A DNA stretch of 32,000 nt from Methanocaldococcus jannaschii DSM 2661 (GTDB taxonomy: Archaea > AGJL01 > Methanococci > Methanococcales > Methanocaldococcaceae). The stretch covers positions 1,162,961-1,194,960 of the forward strand of contig NC_000909.1 in the NCBI RefSeq assembly GCF_000091665.1, given 5' to 3'. The position numbers were made by a program, and so were the translations under genes. Under the pieces are notes generated by a model, which searched no databases, was not told the origin of the DNA, and saw only the letters and a list, made by a program, of their open reading frames with translations. Positions 28,404 to 32,000 of the stretch are shown here, one piece after another (position 1 is the first letter of the stretch; every line of letters begins with the position of its first letter).

Positions 28404-29489
28404 ATGAAATTTGGATGGGTTAATGTTATTGGAGATAACTGGGAAGAGAAAAAGAAGATAGTAACAACAGCATTAGAGTCATCAATCCCAGTAGTTGTTG
28501 CTGAACCAGAAGATATTGAAAAAATTAAAGAACTTGGAAATATTAAAGTTGCCTCCCATTCCTTAGACGCGGATATTGTTTTAGTAAATAAAAATGACAA
28601 CATAGAGTTTTTAAAAGAGGCAAAGAACTTAGGAAAAGAAACAGCCATATACATTCCAATTGAATCAAAGGAAGATGAAGAGTTTGCTTCAGAGGTTGCA
28701 AGGTTTGGATTTGTTGATAACATTATCTTAGAGGGGAGAGATTGGACAATCATTCCATTAGAAAATTTAATAGCTGATTTATTCCATAGGGATGTTAAGA
28801 TTGTAGCAAGTGTTAATTCAGTTGATGAGGCAAAGGTTGCCTATGAAATTTTAGAGAAAGGGACTGATGGGGTTCTCTTAAATCCAAAAAACTTAGAGGA
28901 TATAAAGGAGTTATCAAAATTAATTGAAGAGATGAATAAAGAGAAAGTGGCTTTAGATGTAGCAACAGTAACAAAGGTTGAGCCAATAGGTAGTGGAGAC
29001 AGGGTTTGTATAGATACCTGCTCACTAATGAAGATAGGAGAAGGAATGTTAATTGGCTCCTACTCAAGAGCTCTCTTCTTAGTTCATTCTGAGACTGTTG
29101 AGAACCCTTACGTAGCTACAAGGCCATTCAGAGTTAATGCTGGACCTGTTCATGCATACATATTATGCCCTGGTAATAAAACAAAATATCTCAGTGAGCT
29201 AAAAGCTGGAGATAAGGTTTTGATTGTAGATAAGGATGGAAATACAAGGGAGGCAATAGTTGGCAGGGTAAAGATTGAAAGAAGACCTTTAGTGTTAATT
29301 GAGGCAGAGTATAAAGGGGATATTATTAGAACTATACTGCAGAATGCTGAAACTATAAGATTGGTTAATGAAAAAGGAGAACCAATTTCTGTTGTTGATT
29401 TAAAACCTGGAGACAAAGTTTTAATAAAACCAGAGGAGTATGCAAGGCATTTTGGAATGGCAATAAAAGAGACGATTATTGAAAAGTGA
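28404..29489 (+). CDS. 3-dehydroquinate synthase II (archaeal aromatic amino acid pathway)
   Basis: MKFGWVNVIGDNWEEKKKIVTTALES...; GSGDRVCIDTCSLMKIGEGMLIGSYSRALFLVHSE; RPFRVNAGPVHAYIL. Confidence 0.92.
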   Translation: MKFGWVNVIGDNWEEKKKIVTTALESSIPVVVAEPEDIEKIKELGNIKVASHSLDADIVLVNKNDNIEFLKEAKNLGKETAIYIPIESKEDEEFASEVARFGFVDNIILEGRDWTIIPLENLIADLFHRDVKIVASVNSVDEAKVAYEILEKGTDGVLLNPKNLEDIKELSKLIEEMNKEKVALDVATVTKVEPIGSGDRVCIDTCSLMKIGEGMLIGSYSRALFLVHSETVENPYVATRPFRVNAGPVHAYILCPGNKTKYLSELKAGDKVLIVDKDGNTREAIVGRVKIERRPLVLIEAEYKGDIIRTILQNAETIRLVNEKGEPISVVDLKPGDKVLIKPEEYARHFGMAIKETIIEK

Positions 29490-29495
29490 TAATAT

Positions 29496-29996
29496 ATGAG
29501 AGGAATAAACCCAGTATTGTTTAAAATATCTTTTTTATTAATAATTCTGGTTTCCTTAATATTGTCTTTATTTTATTATAATTTTCTATTTGCCTTCCTA
29601 CTTTCTTTTATTTTATTTGGAATTACTTGGGCGTATTGTTATATAAAGATTGAAAGCACTGACAAAGGAAAATTACTTTACGAAATAAAAAGACCCGGTA
29701 TAGAAACTTTAAGATTTTTATTTATTCTTATGATTATTAGCGTTTTTATAAAATCCCTACTTCATTCAAATAGTTTCTTCCCATATATAAGTTTTTTATT
29801 ATCAAATTTAATTTTAGGACTTGTTTTATTTGACGACTACATTTTAGGAAATCCAACAATAAAGTTTTATGAAAAAGGAGTTGTATTTGATAGAGTTGCA
29901 TTTTATAATTGGGAGGAACTCGATATAAAAGAAGATGAAGGCTATTTAAAGATTAAGATAAAATATTATCCAAAGGAAATTATGTATAAAAAATAA
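29496..29996 (+). CDS. Membrane protein, uncharacterised (166 aa)
   Basis: Several hydrophobic helices at the N-terminus, soluble C-terminus; 6 nt after the preceding stop. Confidence 0.65.
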   Translation: MRGINPVLFKISFLLIILVSLILSLFYYNFLFAFLLSFILFGITWAYCYIKIESTDKGKLLYEIKRPGIETLRFLFILMIISVFIKSLLHSNSFFPYISFLLSNLILGLVLFDDYILGNPTIKFYEKGVVFDRVAFYNWEELDIKEDEGYLKIKIKYYPKEIMYKK

Positions 29997-30009
29997 ATCC
30001 TGTGAGATT

Positions 30010-30771
30010 ATGAAGATAAAGATTGGCAAAGTTGAAAAAAGATTAAATCAAATTATTGAAGAGGAAGGAGCTGTCTATTTAACTCTATTAGACCCAGAAG
30101 AAGAAAATATTGAAGAGATAGCTGAAAATGTTAAGGATTATGCAGATGCAATAATGGTTGGAGGAAGTATTGGAATTGTTAATTTAGATGAAACAGTTAA
30201 AAAAATAAAAAAGATAACTAAGCTCCCAATAATTCTATTCCCTGGAAATGTTGATGGATTGTCAAGATATGCTGACGCTGTGTTTTACATGAGCCTAATG
30301 AACTCAGCAAACACTTATTGGGTTGTAACAGCCCCAACTTTAGGGGCGATAACAATTTTAAAATATAATTTAGAGCCAATTCCAATGGCTTATCTCTGCA
30401 TAGAACCAGCAAAAAAAACAGCCGTTGGTTATGTTGGGGAGATTAGAGAGATACCTCAAAACAAACCAAAAATAACTGCAATGTATTGTTTATCTGCAAA
30501 GTTCTTTGGAATGAGATGGGCTTATTTAGAGGCTGGTAGTGGGGCATCTTACCCAGTAAACAATGAGACTATAGCCTTATCAAAAAAACTCTCTGGAATT
30601 AATATAATTGTTGGTGGAGGAATTAGAAAGCCAGAGATTGCCTATGAGAAAGTTTTAGCTGGAGCTGATGCTATAGTTACTGGTAATTTGTTGGAAGAGA
30701 ATCCTAAAGCTGTTGAGATGATGTATGATGCTATTAAAAAAGCTGGAAAAGAGAAATTGAAAAATAAGTAA
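30010..30771 (+). CDS. Geranylgeranylglyceryl phosphate synthase (PcrB/GGGPS family)
   Basis: YLTLLDPEE, ILFPGNVDGLSRYADAVFYMSLMNS, WAYLEAGSGASYPVNNE, IIVGGGIRKPE, AGADAIVTGNLLEE. Confidence 0.88.
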   Translation: MKIKIGKVEKRLNQIIEEEGAVYLTLLDPEEENIEEIAENVKDYADAIMVGGSIGIVNLDETVKKIKKITKLPIILFPGNVDGLSRYADAVFYMSLMNSANTYWVVTAPTLGAITILKYNLEPIPMAYLCIEPAKKTAVGYVGEIREIPQNKPKITAMYCLSAKFFGMRWAYLEAGSGASYPVNNETIALSKKLSGINIIVGGGIRKPEIAYEKVLAGADAIVTGNLLEENPKAVEMMYDAIKKAGKEKLKNK

Positions 30772-30785
30772 AAGAATTTAAACGG

Positions 30786-31487
30786 TTATCTATTTTTTAC
30801 CTTTTTCGCAACAAATCCAATGTATGATGCAAAGTTTTTTAAAAAGCTTTTGTAAATAAATTTATCTAATGGAGAATTGGTAATATTTGTCCCAAATGTA
30901 TAAACTACCTCAAAACCTTCTTTTTTTAAGGCATCTTCAACCTCCTTAAAATCATAGAATCTTGTTTTTACTTTTATTTTTTCTCCATCAATTACTTTTG
31001 TTATTGTTCCTTTTCTTTTTTTCATGGCATTTTTTACCTTTTTAAAATTTCCTTTTAAAATGTTTTTTATAATCCATTTTATATCGTAGATGTTTGCCAC
31101 AGTGAATATAAAAATTCCATCATCCTTTAAAACCCTATTAACTTCTCTTAAAGCTCTCTTTAAATTACAATGATTTAAAGCTCCAAAGAAAGATATTGCC
31201 TTATCAAAACTCTTATTTTTAAATGGGAGAAATTCAGCATTAGCAACAACTACTGGCTTATTTGTTTTATTTTTTGCTATTTTAGCCATTTCTAATGATA
31301 TATCTAAACCAACTGCATTATTTAAAATTTTTAACTGCTCTCCAGTTCCGCAACCAATATCTAAGACAAAGTCACCATCTTTAATCTCTTTCTGTATAAT
31401 TTCCCTTTCCACAATCCTCATATACTTGTTTTTATATAGCTTATCATAACTCTTAGCCAACTTGTCATAATACTCTTTAATTCCCAT
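30786..31487 (-). CDS. Class I SAM-dependent methyltransferase
   Basis: ORF 30786..31541; start likely MGIKEYYDKLAKSYDKLY at 31487; DFVLDIGCGTGEQLKIL, FDKAISFFGALNH. Confidence 0.85.
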   Translation of the reverse strand: MGIKEYYDKLAKSYDKLYKNKYMRIVEREIIQKEIKDGDFVLDIGCGTGEQLKILNNAVGLDISLEMAKIAKNKTNKPVVVANAEFLPFKNKSFDKAISFFGALNHCNLKRALREVNRVLKDDGIFIFTVANIYDIKWIIKNILKGNFKKVKNAMKKRKGTITKVIDGEKIKVKTRFYDFKEVEDALKKEGFEVVYTFGTNITNSPLDKFIYKSFLKNFASYIGFVAKKVKNR

Positions 31488-31505
31488 TTTCTCACGGTGA
31501 TGGTA

Positions 31506-32000
31506 ATGATAACTGTAGCAACTGCAGAATGCTTTACACATGCAAATATTGGCTTAACTATTCACAAGGCAGCAGCTGGTTATGAAGATTTTGAATTTAA
31601 GTATTTATTTAGTGAGGAGGATTTAAAATTAATGAAAAATGTTAGAGTTATATCTGCCATGTTTGTTCCTTCTATTATTGGAGTAGAAAAACTTTTGGAT
31701 ATAAAGCTTCCAGAGCCAGATTTTAATTATAAATATGCAAAAGCATATAGCGAAGAGAAAGATTTGGAAGTTGCTAAGTTGATGGCAGAGGGGTTAAAGA
31801 AAAAGCTTAATGTTAATATATCCATTGGTTCCACAGCTGGTGTTGGGAGGGGAGCTATTTGTATATTAACCGATAATAACCGCTATTTATTTACTTCAGA
31901 TGTTTATGCCAATTTAATAACTTTTGAAAATATTAAAGAGAGGCAAAAAAATGGTATTGAGAAGGGAATAAAAAGGTTTTTAGAGATTTTAAAAAAAGAG
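31506..32000 (+). CDS. UPF0254-like protein, N-terminal part, runs off the window end
   Basis: ATG 31506 preceded by ggtgatggta: MITVATAECFTHANIGLTIHKAAAGYEDFEFKYLFSEEDLKLMKNVRVISAMFVPSIIGVEKLLDIKLPEPDFNYKYAKAYSEEKDL...; open through 32000. Confidence 0.8.
   Translation, partial: MITVATAECFTHANIGLTIHKAAAGYEDFEFKYLFSEEDLKLMKNVRVISAMFVPSIIGVEKLLDIKLPEPDFNYKYAKAYSEEKDLEVAKLMAEGLKKKLNVNISIGSTAGVGRGAICILTDNNRYLFTSDVYANLITFENIKERQKNGIEKGIKRFLEILKKE

Noticed and set aside
28813-29067. 84-aa antisense ORF within 3-dehydroquinate synthase II
   Set aside because: Low-complexity leucine/serine-rich shadow ORF; the sense gene has clear family motifs.

Overview
The window is a chromosomal segment from a hyperthermophilic methanogen. 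From remembered protein sequences it looks like Methanocaldococcus jannaschii or a very close relative, around MJ1220-MJ1251; this is recollection and no search was run. Most of it is ordinary and gene-dense: HsdM fragment, DUF389 membrane protein, family 2 glycosyltransferase, 4xCBS protein, P-type H+-ATPase, radical SAM activase, aIF5A, pycA/pycB, HTH-CBS protein, methyltransferase, type III RuBisCO, KH-CPSF nuclease, proteasome beta, ProRS, AtwA, UPF0251 protein, a tandem pair of PII-like small proteins, sucD, hexulose-6-phosphate isomerase, 3-dehydroquinate synthase II, GGGP synthase-like protein, methyltransferase and a UPF0254-like protein. There is also an intron-containing tRNA-Trp with a BHB splice motif. 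The most interesting accessory signal is a stand-alone Cas6 gene next to RuBisCO, followed by a very AT-rich leader-like stretch and three 30-nt CRISPR-like repeats (14438-14621) separated by 45-49 nt. Across the RuBisCO gene lies a solitary relic of what I recall as the main M. jannaschii CRISPR repeat (17197-17226). Other items are a possible leader peptide plus hairpin upstream of pycB, an inverted repeat over the RuBisCO promoter, unlisted small membrane-protein ORFs and a P-loop ATPase that ends soon after Walker A. I found no large novel multi-gene system.
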